From Lytechinus pictus (taxonomy: Eukaryota), in NCBI RefSeq assembly GCF_037042905.1, contig NC_087245.1, forward strand, positions 30,010,001-30,074,000: DNA of 64,000 nucleotides, read 5' to 3'. Each line of letters starts with the position of its first letter. The first letter of the stretch is position 1. The translations under genes were made by a program, and so were the position numbers. The notes under the pieces were generated by a model. It was given only the letters and a program-made list of their open reading frames with translations, was not told where the DNA came from and made no database searches. Below, piece by piece: positions 26,611-41,262 of the stretch.

Positions 26611-27339
26611 AAAAACACTGATATGGATACTGCAAAATTCATGTTTTGATTTACCTAATAATTTGCATAAACAAAATGGCTGCCAAATTGGCCATTTATA
26701 ATCTTATTTCTACAATATTCTTTTATAATATTCCGTTTCACTGATATGGATACTGCAAAATCCTGCATACATATAACATGTACCATTCGGGAAAATTTGT
26801 TATTTCTGTTTGCGGCTAATTAATTATGCAAATTTATGCATATTTTGCAATATCATGCTATAATTTGATAATTACACCCAAAAACGTTTATTATTTTGGG
26901 TACAAATAGCATTTATATCATTATGATAATTGTTTGGCCCCTAAAAATAATATTTAAGTCAATTTTTATATGTATTTTATTGTTCTTTGATATCTTTTAT
27001 GTTCTTCTTGTATTTTCTGCCATTTGCTTTGTATATTTTTGATATGAGATCTTTAAACAACTAATATCAATGGCAGAAAAATATTAAGCTTCAATGATTG
27101 AATCATTTGATAAACTTCTTTTGCCACAACTGTTAATTGTACTCAGGAACTAATACACACACATGCTCCTACACCCACACCTGTATATAGAAAGTAATAT
27201 ACTTGCAAGGTATAGTAGACATGCCCAATATGACAGTTACCAAATTCAATAAACCCGTAAGAAAAGAAGAGTTTAGAAGTTGGAAAACCTGTAATTATGC
27301 TCAAATTAAATTTCTTGAAATAGGTATATTAAGATGTTT

Positions 27340-28570
27340 TAAATATCGTTTATAATTAGATAACAGATCTATGCAGTGTAGTTTATCAATCGGATATAAA
27401 TATCGGTACATTTTAACATCCTTGTAGCAAAATTATATATTTAATTTAGCTCCATCAGAACTGCAGTCATGGCAGTTAACCAAAGAACAATTTGTAATGA
27501 ATGCAAAGGGTCTGTATTACTGGATCACTTACTATTTTTTTGGTCATTACCGATTTATTTATTTATTTGGCAACGATACATTTTGCCCAAGTCAACCATC
27601 AAAGTGATAACTGAAAACCACAGCTTTAATCCAATCTTTGCCTTGGACATGTTGAAAGATTCTTTGACGAACGAAACTGAATACAGAAGAGGAAATGATA
27701 AAAACATGGGGCTAAACACAGATTAGCTCCATGGTAAAAACATGGGCCAAACAAGAAGGTTTCCAGCCCAGTAACTGCCCAATGCATAACACATTTTCAC
27801 ACTGCGTCCTACGGTTGAAAAGTGCTAGGGATGTCTGATGAAGGTAAAACAGCATGAAGACAGTTGCAGAAGTCCATTCTAGAGGTTATCCGGTTATGGA
27901 TGATATTTTCCGCACCACCTCATATAAGACGATGTCTGATCTCAGCAATTATGGGAGTTGGTAATATGCAGATTAGCAGACATGTCATGTGTGTTTCTTC
28001 ATGCTCATTGTTATATCAAAGACTATACCAAGATATCTAGCCTTGCATACTGGAGATATATAGCTTCCTCACCTATTAAGACTGGAGTTGTAGTCATAAT
28101 AATTACGCATACATTGTATATGGAGATGACAGTACAAGCTACTTTGATTTTTATCGCTAAGCTCTAGGAAGTTGACCTTCATCCAACATCGAATCCTTAA
28201 CAACAGCAGCTGCATGAACCTCTGTATCTTTAACTTTTGGATCAAATGTGAGGTATACAGCTGGATGTTATTAGCATAGAAGTGTATACCAAGACCACAT
28301 TATAGAGCCAAGAGGAGCGTTGTACAGTTTGAAGAACAAGGGGCCAAGGACATAGGAATTCCATAGCAAAGGGTAGTCACAGGAGACTGCATGCCAGTGA
28401 TGAATACAGCTTGTCCTCTGTTGGCAAGGTAAGAGGAAAGCCATTGGAGTGCAGAATCATCAATTCCAAAATAGACTGTCAGTCTCCCAAGAAGAATGAC
28501 ATGTTCAGTGGTATCAAAACCGGCTGACAAGTCAAACATAACGTAGGCAACTGCTTTCCTCATAGAAAGA
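27340..28570 (-). mobile_element. Degenerate LINE RT fragments
   Basis: ORF 28300-28563 FDLSAGFDT..H.ILL.RL...FGI...LQWLSSYL. Confidence 0.7.
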
Positions 28571-31185
28571 GATCTCCTGGCTCTGATGGTGATATCTCAG
28601 ACTCGCATGCAGCCTATCATAGCTGGGTAAGCTATGGATGCTGTTGGGTTTAATACCGATCAATAGAAGTGGATTAATACAGGAACACCAAACATGTCAG
28701 GAACCCACCATCCTCTGAAATATATCTTTGTTATCAATTATAAATCAATTAGAAATAATCTACCTTTTGAAGATATGAAAATGTGTGAATATTAGAAGTT
28801 CGATAAATGGCCTAGGGGACATTACACAATTCACTGCGATATTGAAAAGGTGCACTCCGAGCATTTTAACACCTGAAATCGGACATATCTCAAGAACACA
28901 AACAGGTGAGACTGCAGATTCTCTCTCAAGACAAAAGTTTAGGTTTTCTCTATGGATCTGTGACATGAGAATCGGACAATTATCAAGAACACAAAGACGG
29001 TTACTTCGATACGAACTGCCTCCCCAGAATACTTGTAATAAATCGCTTTGATTTCAACAGTTAGAGATGACTTTTATAATATGAGGTTGCCTTATCAATC
29101 AAGCCATCCAATGGAACACCAAGTCAATGATAACTGAACGCCCCGAAGGTAAAGGTCTATATCAAGCTGGGGAAAGCTGGATGCCTCTAAGTTGGATGAA
29201 GCGGCAATCCTTGATAGGACAGGTGCAGTACTGCATTGGAAAATATATATATTGGAGATGCACATGTAATCCGTTAATGAAGTCCAACAATCTAAATTTG
29301 TTATTAAAAGGACATGCAGTGACTTATTCGTTGTGGAACTTTAGAACATCACAGTCTGGCTTTTAAAACATGGAAAACGGTCTAATTGATAGGCAAAATG
29401 AGAATTAGACATGTTAGACGATTTATATGTGGGTTCAGTTCTGATTTTTTTTCTTCAAAATTGGGACAATTTGATAAGCATAATGGAGAAACACACAGGA
29501 TATCTCATTTTCAGCAGACTGTTTTCACTTCATTTTGCTAAAGAAAAACATAATGTATGAAAATATACATGTATGTGCGATTAGATTCTGTTGGTCAGGG
29601 AACATAACTAATCCAAAGAATATTAAATGCAACTGATTGACTATTAGGAGTTGAGAATTACAGTACTGTCATGATTCAAATTTAATAATTCATCATCTAT
29701 AATTGTAAATATGAATGAATTGATTGATATCATAGTTCAAGAAACCATTTTATAGTCAAAATTTAAGCAATTAATAGTGACATTCGCTTGATTACAGATA
29801 GGTTCATGAAATTCGTTTGATCACCACCAGTATGCTTTTAAAATGGGAAGGCCCTCCCTGCAGGAAATAATCTTTTTTTTTATGCAGATGTGGGTGTGGG
29901 AGTGGGTGCATCTGTTTATGCCCATGGATATGTACGAATAAAAAATGATAAAAAGTGATTACATAATTAAATCATTGAAGCTAATTATTTTCTGCAATTG
30001 AAAATCAATACTTTGACAGATCCCGCATTACAAAAAATGTACAAAACAAGGTACAAAACACAAAGAAATACATGCGCAAAAGAATTAAAAAAAAATGCAT
30101 TATTATTTACTGTGATATTATATTCTAAGGGCCGTACAATTATTTATAATGATGTAAATGCTATTTGTACCAAAATATAAACATTTGAGCTGAATTTATT
30201 AAATTATAGCATAATCATCCAAACTATGCATACATTTGCATAAATAATTTGCCGCAAACAAAAATACTAAATTTTCCCGAAAGGTACACGTATGTATGCA
30301 GGATTTTGCAGTATTTATGTCTGTGAAAGCGAAAAAATATTCTGAATTGTCAATTTGGCATCCATTTTTTTAATGCAAATTAGATGGTCAAAACATGAGA
30401 AATTAGCTTGAGAACCGATCTTATCAGATTCAGCATATTTGAATTGTGTGAAACAGTCCGGTTCCCAACTTTTACCCCAAAATGCTTCTTCAAGTTTATA
30501 TAAGCCTCTTTTTCCAGAATGGCTCTAGTCTATGTCCTGTATTAATGATTAAACAGTCAATTATTAAGTTGATATTCAATCGAAAATTTCTCACAATTCA
30601 TATACACAATCAAATAAAATCATGAATACAAAACGGAAGGTAAGATCCTATAATCACAATCGCTCGAGAGAATGATAAAATAGGTCAAGTGTTTCGCTGG
30701 TATTACGATCAGAAAATTCTATGGCGATCGACTAATGCGCGCTTGGATGAAAAAGTGTCCCAAAACGGTGTAAACTGAATTTGCGCACGAGATTCCAGAA
30801 AATCGACTGTTGTCACATTTTACATTTTTGTTTGAGACCTCTGCTCGCAAAATGGCGATTTTTAGATGTTTTTATCATAAAAATGGTGAGAACTAAATTG
30901 GCGCATGAAAGTTTTTCAAATCTTTTAAAAGAAGTCAAGCAGACAAAGGTAATAAAATTGCATCATATGGAGGACAAAATGCAAGAAAATTGGCTGGTGT
31001 CATATTTTACATTTTTATTTGAGACCTCTGCTCGCAATATGGCGATTTTTAGATGCTTGTCAAAAGTTCGGATCGTCTCGGAACGGAAGCAAAAGGTAAG
31101 AAAATTTGCAGATGTTTTGGGAATAATTTCACAAACGCATTCAATACTGAGCATTTTTTGGTCGTGTTATTTTTGGTAATATCAG

Positions 31186-32290
31186 TTTTTGTCTCACCTG
31201 CATAGCAGAGTGAGACTATAGGCGCCGCTTTTCCGACGGCGGCGGCGGCGTCAACACCAAATCTTAACCTGAGGTTAAGTTTGTGAAATTACAGCATAAC
31301 TTAGAAAGAATATGGACCTAGTTCATGAAACTTGGCCATAAGGTTAATTAAGTATTACTGAACATCCTGCTTGAGTTTCATGTCACATGACCAAGGTCAA
31401 AGGTCATTTAGAGTCAATGAATTTAGACCATGTTGGGGGAATCAACATCAAAATCTTAACCTAAGGTTAAGTTTTTGAAATGTCATCATAACTTAGAAAA
31501 TATATGGACCTAGTTCATGAAACTTATAAATAAGGTCAATCAAGTATCACTGAACATCCTGCATGAGTTTCACATCACATGACCAAGGTCATAGGTCATT
31601 TAGGGTCAATGAACTTTGGCCGAATTGGGGGTATCTGTTGAATTACCATCATAACTTTAAAAGTTTATGGATCTGATTCATGAAACTTGGACATAATAGT
31701 AATCAAGTATTACTGAACATCCTGTGCAAGTTTCAGGTCACATGATCAAGGTTAAAGGTCATTTAGGGTCAATGAACTTTGGTCAAATTGGGGTATTTGT
31801 TGAATTACTGCCATAACCTTGAAAGTGTGTTGGTCTAGTTCATAAAACCTGGACATAAGAGTAATCAAGTATCACTGAACATCCTGTGTGCATTTTAGGT
31901 CACATGACCAAGGTCAAAGGTCAATGAACTTTGGCCATAATTGGGGTATCTGTTGAATTACCATCATAACTTGGAAAGTTGGTGGATCTTACACTTGAAA
32001 CTTGGACATAAGAGTAATCAAGTATCACTTAACATCCTGTGCGAGTTTCAGGTCACATGATCAAGGTCAAAGGTCATGTAAGGTCAATGAACTTTGGCCA
32101 CGTTGGGGGTATTTGTTGAATTACCATCATATCTCTATAAGTGTATGGGTCTAGTTCATAAAACATGGAAATAAGAGTAACCAAGTATCACTGAACATCT
32201 TGTGCGAGTTATAGTAGTTTTCAAAATCAGCACTGCTGCTATATTGAATCGCGTGATGCACGTGAGACGGCCAGAGGCATTCCACTTGTT
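31186..32290 (+). repeat. Interspersed repeat with ~125-bp tandem units (GGTCAAAGGTCA family)
   Basis: About seven units of CATGAAACTTGG...CAAGTATCACTGAACATCCTG...GGTCAAAGGTCA; head TTTTTGTCTCACCTGC. Confidence 0.85.
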
Positions 32291-32399
32291 CAACATATTG
32301 ATTAGATATTCGACCATGCGTTAAATAAGGTAACGCGAAAATTATGGTCACACCTGCCATATCGAGGTTAAAATTTCCTTTTCGTCACAGAAGATTTAA

Positions 32400-33861
32400 G
32401 AATTATAAAACTTTTTCTGAAACAGTGAAATTTCGACTTTGCACTTTTAAAGGTGCAGAGTCTGCAGACCAGATGTAACACTAAGCGCACCTTTAGGGTG
32501 CAACTTTGTACCTTTTTGGAAAGGTGCAAGTTTGCACCTCTCTGATAGATGCAAATTAGGGAAAGAATCCCTTCCAAAAATAGCAATAGACTGTCGAGCC
32601 TTCCGATGTGTTTACTTAAGATTTTTCTATGAATTTTTAAGTTTTGCTTAACTTGCTTTGGACTCGAACTCACCTCGTTGTAGCTGTAGTCAAGACCTCT
32701 ACCTGCTATGCTAGCTAGAATAGCTGATACCAGAAAAGCCGAGAAGAGTTTTTTTTAGCGGTTATGTGCCGAAAGCTCGACTAGTCGAGACTTACAGACC
32801 CTTTACTTACTAAATAGACCGATGCCTTTATATACAATTACACGCAATCGATCCTTGTTGAAAATTTGACGGAATAAATCTGTTTATTTTCACTCTCCCG
32901 TCATATATTATGTATATTCTATATTACCTGTAGGGCTAGATATATATAGTTTTTAACCTTCTCTAACTTTTTATTTTCAATTTTAGTGGGGGGTACATAT
33001 GAAACTCCTCCCCAAATTAGCACCTATATTAGGTGAAGAATGTCACCCAATTTCAGGATGCCACTGTGCCTGGCCGTCTGCTTCGTCTGTTTGGCCGAAA
33101 TTTCAAGTGGTTACGGAATTCTTCTGCGATGCACATAATCACAGTCGGTGATTTCCTACTCTACCTTCAATTTCACAATGATTAATTGGCACAAACAGGA
33201 AAGAAATGGTGGATTGTGTGTATGAGGTACTGAAAACCTCAAAACACACACCTATAACTGCAATGTTTGGTTCTACGTATATAATGATTTACAACAATCT
33301 TACTGAAACAGTAACTAGAATGACCATCTTTGAATGACCCAATTTCCCAAATAAAACTGAGAAATATGCTTAAACATCTCATTCTACCAGTACTCATCCC
33401 AAAACAATCAGACAAGCGTAGCAAGTTCATAAATACGCAAATTATGCAATTATATTGGTAATTAACAGACCCCTCAACAGGTAAGATTTCTACGTAGTTT
33501 GTTCCCTGACCCTATAAACTCTATATAACATTATTTACAAGCAATTTTGCAAGTAAAACATAATTTCAATGTCATTACACGTTTAAAAAATGTACGCTTT
33601 TACACCACACACACACCCACAAACAAGAAAAAAAAATTCTTTCATTGCCGAGCAGGTTGAAATTTTTGAGAGCATTCTGATGAGGATGAAGTATGACAGG
33701 AACCTAGACTATACGGGAGGTTCAAACTTGCACCCCAAATACCCGCTGCGGGCCTGCGCAGGCGCGGTGGCGAGTGGAAGGGCAAGTATTCTCGAATATA
33801 CTCGCTCTGCACCTTTTTCCCACAAAGTTGCTCATTTCTTGCACCCCTATTTCTTATTGTG
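32400..33861. mobile_element. Relic related to the CACTA-like element at 15660-17005
   Basis: Ends TATTTCTTATTGTG; internal 32640-32990 resembles 16030-16370; left end not found. Confidence 0.5.
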
Positions 33862-33911
33862 AAAGTAAACTTTTTCAGCAATCTACTCTAAAATAAATTT
33901 TAATCATATAC

Positions 33912-34247
33912 CTTGTTCATACATGTCGCACTTGGCTGACATGATTAATGCACCTCTCTTAAATCCGGTAGTATACAGCTGGAACCAGAGGTTCGACCGG
34001 TTAAGGTATCCGTACTCGTTGAATTCGCCATTGGAATCGGTCAGAATTGTAGATTTTGCACCTGACCTGTCTGAGGTCCGGATGACAAGCGATATAGAAT
34101 ACTCGTCGATACTTTTTGTACCATGCAGGAAGTACTCGATCCCACAGTCATGCATAGACACATTCACTTTGCAAGTTACACTGTCTGAGAGTCTTAGCGC
34201 CTGTCTACCATTGGGCCAATCCAGGATCCATTCTTGTACACCGATAT
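33912..34247 (-). CDS. 7TM receptor exon: ~112-aa extracellular module (possibly divergent CUB-like)
   Basis: CAG|ATATCGG ... CAAG|GTATAT; 336 bp, phase 1-1, open frame DIGVQEW...HDCGIEYF...SNLWFQL...AKCDMYEQ. Confidence 0.8.
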
Positions 34248-35391
34248 CTGTGCCAATTACAAGCAATTCACAGAGAGAGAAAAAAATGCAATTCACAGAA
34301 TGGGAGAGAGAGAGAGAAAACGAGTGATGTATGATAAAGCCCATTATTATGTACGAACTCGTCAGCCAAATAGCTGTTCTAGGATCCGTATACAGGCGAA
34401 TGAGAGTGGAGTTGGTGATTTTTGTTATCAATTGTGGAAACCATCCCCTTAATCAATTGCTAAGTTTTATGTTACGCCAGGATGTTACGAGACCCTGACA
34501 TTTCAAGGTCATCTTTTATCTCGGGGGGGGGGGGGGGGGGGTGGGGGTGGGAGCACACTCTCATTTTAAGGTGGAATCCATGCTCATACGTAAACTTCAA
34601 AATGGACTTAAACGAAGACATGCTTTGACCTCAGAATAACCTCAGATTTAACATAAATACAAATAAACATATGACCATGTGTTTTCAAGTGGGCCCGCAT
34701 ATAGATGGTATCGTTACACTTGTGCGACAAGCAGAAATGATTAATGGTATAAAACTTGAAATATATGTGCTACATGTGCATATTTGGTATCATCTCAAAG
34801 GGAATCTTTATACAAATTACTTAAAAAAAGATACCTGAGATTACTTAGTTTACCAGTAGTTGGCAATTATGTAATTGCAATCGGCCATTTTCTGCATGGT
34901 AGTAGACGAGGGGAGCATACATTTTGATTTCATTAAGACACTAAATATTCAACATCACAGTACCTAATATTGTAATAGTATTTTGGGGTTCATCGAATTA
35001 TTCTTAAATTAAATGTGAGTCAGATTTGAACTTTGGAGTTTGAAGAATACCTAATTAAGCTAATGTATAATTAATTTATGTAAATGTGAAATTAATACGG
35101 TTTGAAATGTATTGTGGCTTTCAGACAAGAACACAAAAGAGAAAGAAAAATATAGCTGTGGCTTGACTTACACATTCAATTAAATTTAGAAGCTGCAAAC
35201 ATTTTCAAAGGAGAAGCACATACTATTGAGACTAATTACAGACCTTAGAGAGAAATCAATCTGTTAAGTAAGACCTCATGGTTTCAAGTTTGACAGTGTA
35301 GACTCTGACATTAATGACTTTGATGTTTCCGAATCTTCAGATTATTCTGGTAAAATAACTGATAGCCAGTAAACCATACAATTTTTGCTTA

Positions 35392-35926
35392 CATTCGTAA
35401 TTCCGAAGCTTCGTTATTCCAAAGGTTCATTATTTCGAAGGTTTGTATTTCCGAAGGTTCGTGATTCCGAAGGTTCGTTAGTCCGAAAACGAAATGAGGT
35501 TCGTAATTCCAAAGGTTTGTTAGTCTGAAAACGAAATAAGGTTCGTAATTCCGAAAGTTCGTTGGTCTGAAAAAAAAGTGATTAACGAACCTTATTTCGT
35601 TTTCGGACTAACGAACCTTCGGAACAACAAACCTTATTTCGTTTTCGGATTAACGAACCTTCGGAACAACGAACCTTATTTTAGATTAACGAACCTTCAG
35701 AGCAACGAACCTTTGGAACATCGAACCTTATTTTGTTTTCGGATTATCGAACCTTCGGAATGACGAACCTTTGGAATAACGCCACAAATGTTCGGATTAA
35801 CGAACCCTTTTACGTTTTCGGATTAACGAACATCGAGGTATAGGCAATTTACGTGTTTCGGAATTAAGAACCTTCGGAATAAAGAACTCTCGGAATTACG
35901 ACCCTTTGGAATTACGAAGTGGAACC
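35392..35926. repeat. Palindromic element made of TTCCGAAGGTTCG subrepeats
   Basis: Orientation of the subrepeats flips near 35575. Confidence 0.8.
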
Positions 35927-35962
35927 AGACTTTTGATTGCTGAAGACCTATTTGTAGCAGTA

Positions 35963-36128
35963 ATACCTTTGTCACATTTGCTCTACGGCGTCCGTATGGC
36001 GAGTCGAAAACAGCCGTTTTATTAATTTTGATTCAAACCGCCTATATGTAGTTGGACAAAAAAAATGTTAAAACGGCTGTTTTCGACTCGCCGTATGGCC
36101 GCCGTAGAACAAATGTGACCATGGTATA
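35963..36128. mobile_element. Short hairpin MITE
   Basis: GTCACATTTGCTCTACGGCG ... CGCCGTAGAACAAATGTGAC. Confidence 0.7.
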
Positions 36129-36157
36129 AAGCTCTCATCTTATGGCATTTACTCTTT

Positions 36158-36540
36158 TTTTGTCTCGCCCACCAGAGGTGAAGGCGAGACATAGGGATCC
36201 AAATTTTGTCTGTGCGTCCGTCCGTCACAAATCTTATGACACATAACTCCGCAACCGTAAGTCACATTTCAACCAAACTTGGATGTAGATGGACGTGGGG
36301 GACCTGCATGTTATACTGCAGTCGGAGGTCACATGGTAAGGTCAAAGGTTATTTTCAGGTCGACGTTAAAGTTTACGTGCAAGACTCTCTTATGACACCT
36401 AACTCTGCAACTGTAAGTCACTTTTCAACCAAACTTGGATGGTAGATGTACTTGCATTTTATGCTGCAGTCGGAGGTCACATAAAAGGTCAAAGGTCATT
36501 TTCAGGTCAACGTTGAAGTTTACATGCAAGACTCTCTTAC
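36158..36540 (+). repeat. Uninterrupted copy of the repeat that hosts the 19680-25075 element
   Basis: TTTTTGTCTCGCCCACCAGAGGTGAA head as at 19465; units contain GTTTACGTGCAAGACTCT. Confidence 0.8.
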
Positions 36541-37850
36541 GATGACCCAGTACTAAGAGATTTGACTAGCGTGTCCTGCAGAATGTCGAGCAAGAGGGTA
36601 TCTTTTACACATACTAGCACTAACACTAACTGTTTATAATTTATATTTCTTATGTTTACTGTTTTGCTTCCTTTTGCGTTTATAATGAAAAAAACCCATC
36701 AAAATACCTCAGTTATCATTCCCAGACAATTTGGGTGTCATGTGAGTCAATAAATTGGATATGCACTCATAGGTATTTGTGCCTCAATTTGCTCTCCATA
36801 GTTAAACCACAAATTTAAACCTGAGTTCAGAACATGGGCCCTAAGTTTAAAATAAAGCTACAGGTATGAGAAGTTTTCATTGTGCATTCATATTTTTCCT
36901 ATATTAAACTTCCTGACTCTCAGTTGTCAATCTTTGGTCCACCGGTATTTGAGCCAAGAGGTGATCATATCCCATGATATATTTTTTTAAATTCATAATA
37001 ACCACTACAAATATATCATGATGTACTTGTAAGTGTTTGCAATTACATTCATGCAACTTGAGGCAACACTATATAAAAGTTTGGGGGTAAATCAGGCATT
37101 GTCACATATTTATTCGAATATTGTGATGTGAAATTTCGTCTTAAAGATGATTGCACAAAATTATTGAAGTAAGAGTTATCCCTAACAAGTTCATTGGAAA
37201 GGTCTCACTTTAAGAAATTGAAATATGCATGTTATTTTCTTATTAGGTGTTACATTTTTCTGAATCTAAGATTTATTAGGAAGTATATTTTTCACAGCTT
37301 TTCACATATTTTGACCTTTAAGCTCTTATGTCATTACCCTTTGCTTTTTGGGGCCTTTTCTGACTTCCTTTTTTGCAATGTCTCAGTCAATTTCCTTTCA
37401 GAACATTTTATGGGTATACGATGTCAAACATATGAAAAATATTATATTGAATAAAGCAGTGCGATTTGGGGGAAATTTGTGTTGTAACAGAAATGGGCCC
37501 AACTCAAATTGCATGGCCAAATTTGGTAGCTAAATGTGTCCTTCGAAGACGGGAACGTAGCCCTGGAATATTTCTCCCAAGTGATTACATGGATACAGTT
37601 TACCTTGATGGATAAGTGGGAATCACAGTTTCTCCTCTTCAGAGAAGGACGTACTGATTACACACCCACACACTCTCACAAGTATATATAATATATGGGG
37701 TATATATAATATTTGTTACAGAGTAGGATTCTGGATATACATATCCATTCATTTGCACTCACAGATCAATGCTTTACGAAGCTGTCTCAAACTGAAAATG
37801 CATAGCTTTATTTTGCATCGTTTACATCTTTCCTCACAAATGCTCCTTAC

Positions 37851-37955
37851 CTTGGACGCAGTTTAAACCCCCATAGCCTGGTTCACATTGACAAGAATAC
37901 TCATTAGTGATGTCAGAACATACACCATACGAACACGTACCGTGATGACAGTTCC
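37851..37955 (-). CDS. 7TM receptor EGF-like exon
   Basis: TTTTTCATTTAG| ... CAAG|GTAAGG; NCHHGTCSYGVCSDITNEYSCQCEPGYGGLNCVQ; 105 bp, phase 1-1. Confidence 0.92.
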
Positions 37956-38669
37956 CTAAATGAAAAATTGTAGTTACGAGGTTACATCAATCCGACAACA
38001 ACAAGTACGATTCGAATGCCGGCATGTTAAGTAAGGCAAACAGTATATATATATATTATAACATAATATACATTAGATTCAGTGGACTGAATCCATTGTT
38101 CTCCGGTTCCAGCAAGCCAGCCAACAGCGGACCAAAAATGCGAATGTGTATATAGTGTAGGCCCATTGCCATGTTTCTATGGTATGCGTATATGCATTTT
38201 ATTGCAGTTCATAGTTCATTTACATCTTCCTTTCACAAAAACATTCATTCATAGTAGTTAAAAGAATAATAAAATGAATAGCAAGATAAAAAATAGATTG
38301 TTAGCGCAAAACACACATCAAGGTTGTTACATAAATCATATTTACATTAGAGAGATTCCGGAGACAAAAGTTACACAAAATTTCACATTTTGAAAGAAAG
38401 AGGAGACCTTTAAAAAGCTAGGCTTGTCAAGACAAGGTCCCCAATTAGGATACAATAAGTGTATAGATATTTTACATACATTGAATAAGACTATACATCT
38501 AAATCTACATATGGAAAGGAAATACAGAGAGAAATTTGTAAAAGAATTAAGGAAAGAGTGAGTATATATATGAATTTAAATACAGAATGAAAAAGACATT
38601 AATGAAAAGGAAAGATAAGAGAGGGATTATGAAATGAGAAAGTGTTTATATACAAGGGAGAAAGTCTAT

Positions 38670-39581
38670 AGGCAGTGCTGCACCATCCCGAGTTTGCTCA
38701 ATCTCGAGATTTTAGCCCGATCGGCCCACTTCGCGATTAATCTCGAGATTCAAGAAACCCCGTCTCCACCATCGCAAGAAGAGCGATTCCTGCTCGAGCG
38801 AGGCAACAAGCCCGATATTCCGAGCATGCGCACTTTCGGATCTTGGAGTTTCAACGGCCCGTGCTTTTGAATAACTTCCCGCGATATGCAAGCAATGTAC
38901 TCCTTTCACTAGCACTTTTGCCGAATTCGACCGGTGTTATGCAACAATCCTCTCAGCTCATCGAGTGAAGAAGTGATGTATTCTTCGTTAAATATGATGG
39001 CGGAGTATAGGAGGCAACGACAGAGAGAGAGAGAGGGAGAAAAGGAGGAAAGAAATGCTATTTGCTCACATTTGCGAAGGAATAAGACGACACTGCTGTC
39101 AGTGTTGTTATTGACTATGACCATCGTCGATAATGAGCGCCTCCACCTTCGGTCTGGTCTCTCCCAAAATCCATGTACTGGTCGGACACCATCGTTGCTG
39201 ATTAGGCAATTGATGAACGCTATTCGCGATAATATATATTCGCATGTATAAAGTTGACTTTCGCACATGTTTATGTTTTGACCAATAAAGGCGGAAGTGG
39301 AACGCGAATTGCATTATGGACTGACTTCATGAATAAATTACCCGGAGTCCAATCTCGAGTGCGTCTGCACCTACGAATTAGCGGGATAATTCGTAAAATA
39401 GCGCGTTATTTTGCAAATAAACCCGAGTTGACTAGGGATTGCAATTTCGAGATTAATCCTACGAACTAGCGCGATAATTGCGTCTCCACTGCAAACTATC
39501 TCGAGATTTTACAGATCGGGATAATTTGCCGGATCAGAAATAGCGCGCTAATTTGAAAACTCGGGATGGTGCAGACGGCCC
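38670..39581. mobile_element. MITE with CTGCACCATCCCGAGTTT TIRs (Harbinger-like)
   Basis: GGCAGTGCTGCACCATCCCGAGTTT ... AAACTCGGGATGGTGCAGACGGCC. Confidence 0.7.
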
Positions 39582-39739
39582 TATTGAGACAGCAAAGAGA
39601 GAGAGAGTTTTATAGGGGGAGTGTATAAAGGAGTTTTTAAGATAAACACCGAAAGATGAGAGGAAAAAGAGGTGAAAAAAAAAATACACACGCAAAGGAT
39701 TATAATAAATAATCTATTTTACTAAATATTTTAAAGAGT

Positions 39740-40550
39740 TACAGCATAATCTTTCAGCAAATGTAATTTCAGCTTACGTTTAAAGACTGACACACTGACA
39801 GAATGAGTTACTTCGATGGGAAGTGTGTTCCAAAACTTGGGACCAGTAACGGATTATGTATTCAGAGCAAACGTAGTTCTTACCCGTGGTATACGAAGAG
39901 CAGCTGCTTGTCTTGTGTTATGATTATGAATTTGACAGTTTTTAATGAATAGTTGGGCCAATGCATTTGGGAGAGTACCATTTTCCAAATCATTCATTAT
40001 TGAACCTTACTGCAAAAGATAGATATCCTCTATCTTCAATAACTTATTACTGTGAAACAAAACCTTAGTATGAGTACTATAACTAGCATGAAAAACAATT
40101 CGAATTGCCACTTTCTGTGCGATAAGTTTATTTTTTAATTGTGTTCTTTGTGACCAACCCAATGCCAACACTCCGTAATTAAGATAAGGTAAAGCTAGAG
40201 TAGAATATAGAATAAGCAAAGTTTCTTTTGATACAAAAGAATGCAATTTATAGATTACTCCAGTATTTTTTTTTATATGACTTCACATACACGGTTGCAA
40301 TGGGACACCCAGGTCAACTTCTCATCAATTTGTAATCCAAGGAACTTAGTGGATCTTACTCTCATAATGTCAACATTGTCAAATAATAAGCCTTGTGGTA
40401 AAACTGACAGAGAATTACTAAAGATTCAAAGACAACTTGTTTGCATAGATCCACTGAAATACATTTTCTAGTTCGGTGTTAACCGTTGCTGCCAAGGTAT
40501 TGGGAACTTTATGAGAAAAAAATTAAACTCGAATCATCAGCAAAAAAACT
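39740..40550 (-). mobile_element. Degenerate CR1/L2-group LINE 3' region
   Basis: ORF 40007-40246 LYSTLALPYLNYG..., neighbouring WNTLP and FKRKLK motifs. Confidence 0.75.
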
Positions 40551-40670
40551 AAAGAAATGAATGACAAAACATCATTTCTCCGAGCACAGTTGGCAAGGTT
40601 ACATTGGGTAGCAGAAAAGAAGGCATATTGTACTTGTTGGTGAGCGTTTATGACTTAATCTTTATTTTAA

Positions 40671-41262
40671 AGGGGAATCCAACCCAAAGAAAAACTTGTT
40701 TTTATAAGGAGAAGAAAAATCAGACAAGTTGATAGGTGAAAGTTTGAACAATATTGGACAAATAACAAGAAAGTAATTTTTATAAGTTGTAAATATTGGT
40801 AATCACTATACCCATGGAGACTTCAAATTGGCCGTTTATGTGATGTCATAGTGATGTAAGGCAAGGACTACTCTTCCATGTACTCCAATACATATTATGG
40901 CTAAAATGTCATTTTCCCCAAAAGTTTTATTTCAAATTATATTTTTCTTTCATGAGGACATTAAACAATATATTACCTGGGTTATATTTAGATTTCTACC
41001 CCAGGGGAATGAAGGAGAAAACAACAAATCCCTGATAATAAAGTACATGGCCTATGGGAAAGTTGTCCTTGTCCCTTGTCATAATTTACTTACCCAGTTG
41101 CCAATTTTAAATCTACATAGTACCGGTATTAGTGATCTTAATTTTAAAGCAGCTATAACTTTCTTATTGCTTGTCCGATTTCTTTCAAACTTTCACCATT
41201 CTGTTTAATTAATTTTTTCTCCTTCCCAACACAACATTCTTTGGCCAAGGCTGGATTCCCCT
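40671..41262. mobile_element. TTAA-flanked Kolobok-like MITE
   Basis: TTAA|AGGGGAATCCA ... TGGATTCCCCT|TTAA. Confidence 0.8.

Larger units (their letters stand above)
25587..30532. mobile_element. 4.9-kb TAG...CTA long-TIR element (Academ-like), carrying LINE relics
   Basis: TAGACAAGACC ... GGCTCTAGTCTA; 25620-25705 and 26610-26950 mirror 30100-30495; TGT duplicated at 25584-25586 and 30533-30535. Confidence 0.75.

Noticed and set aside
27833..27865. CTGATGAAG hammerhead-like motif
   Set aside because: No stem II followed by GAAA
31186..32290. Regular repeats resembling a CRISPR array (also 35392-35926, 56398-56540)
   Set aside because: Whole units repeat with no unique spacers; eukaryotic context and no cas genes
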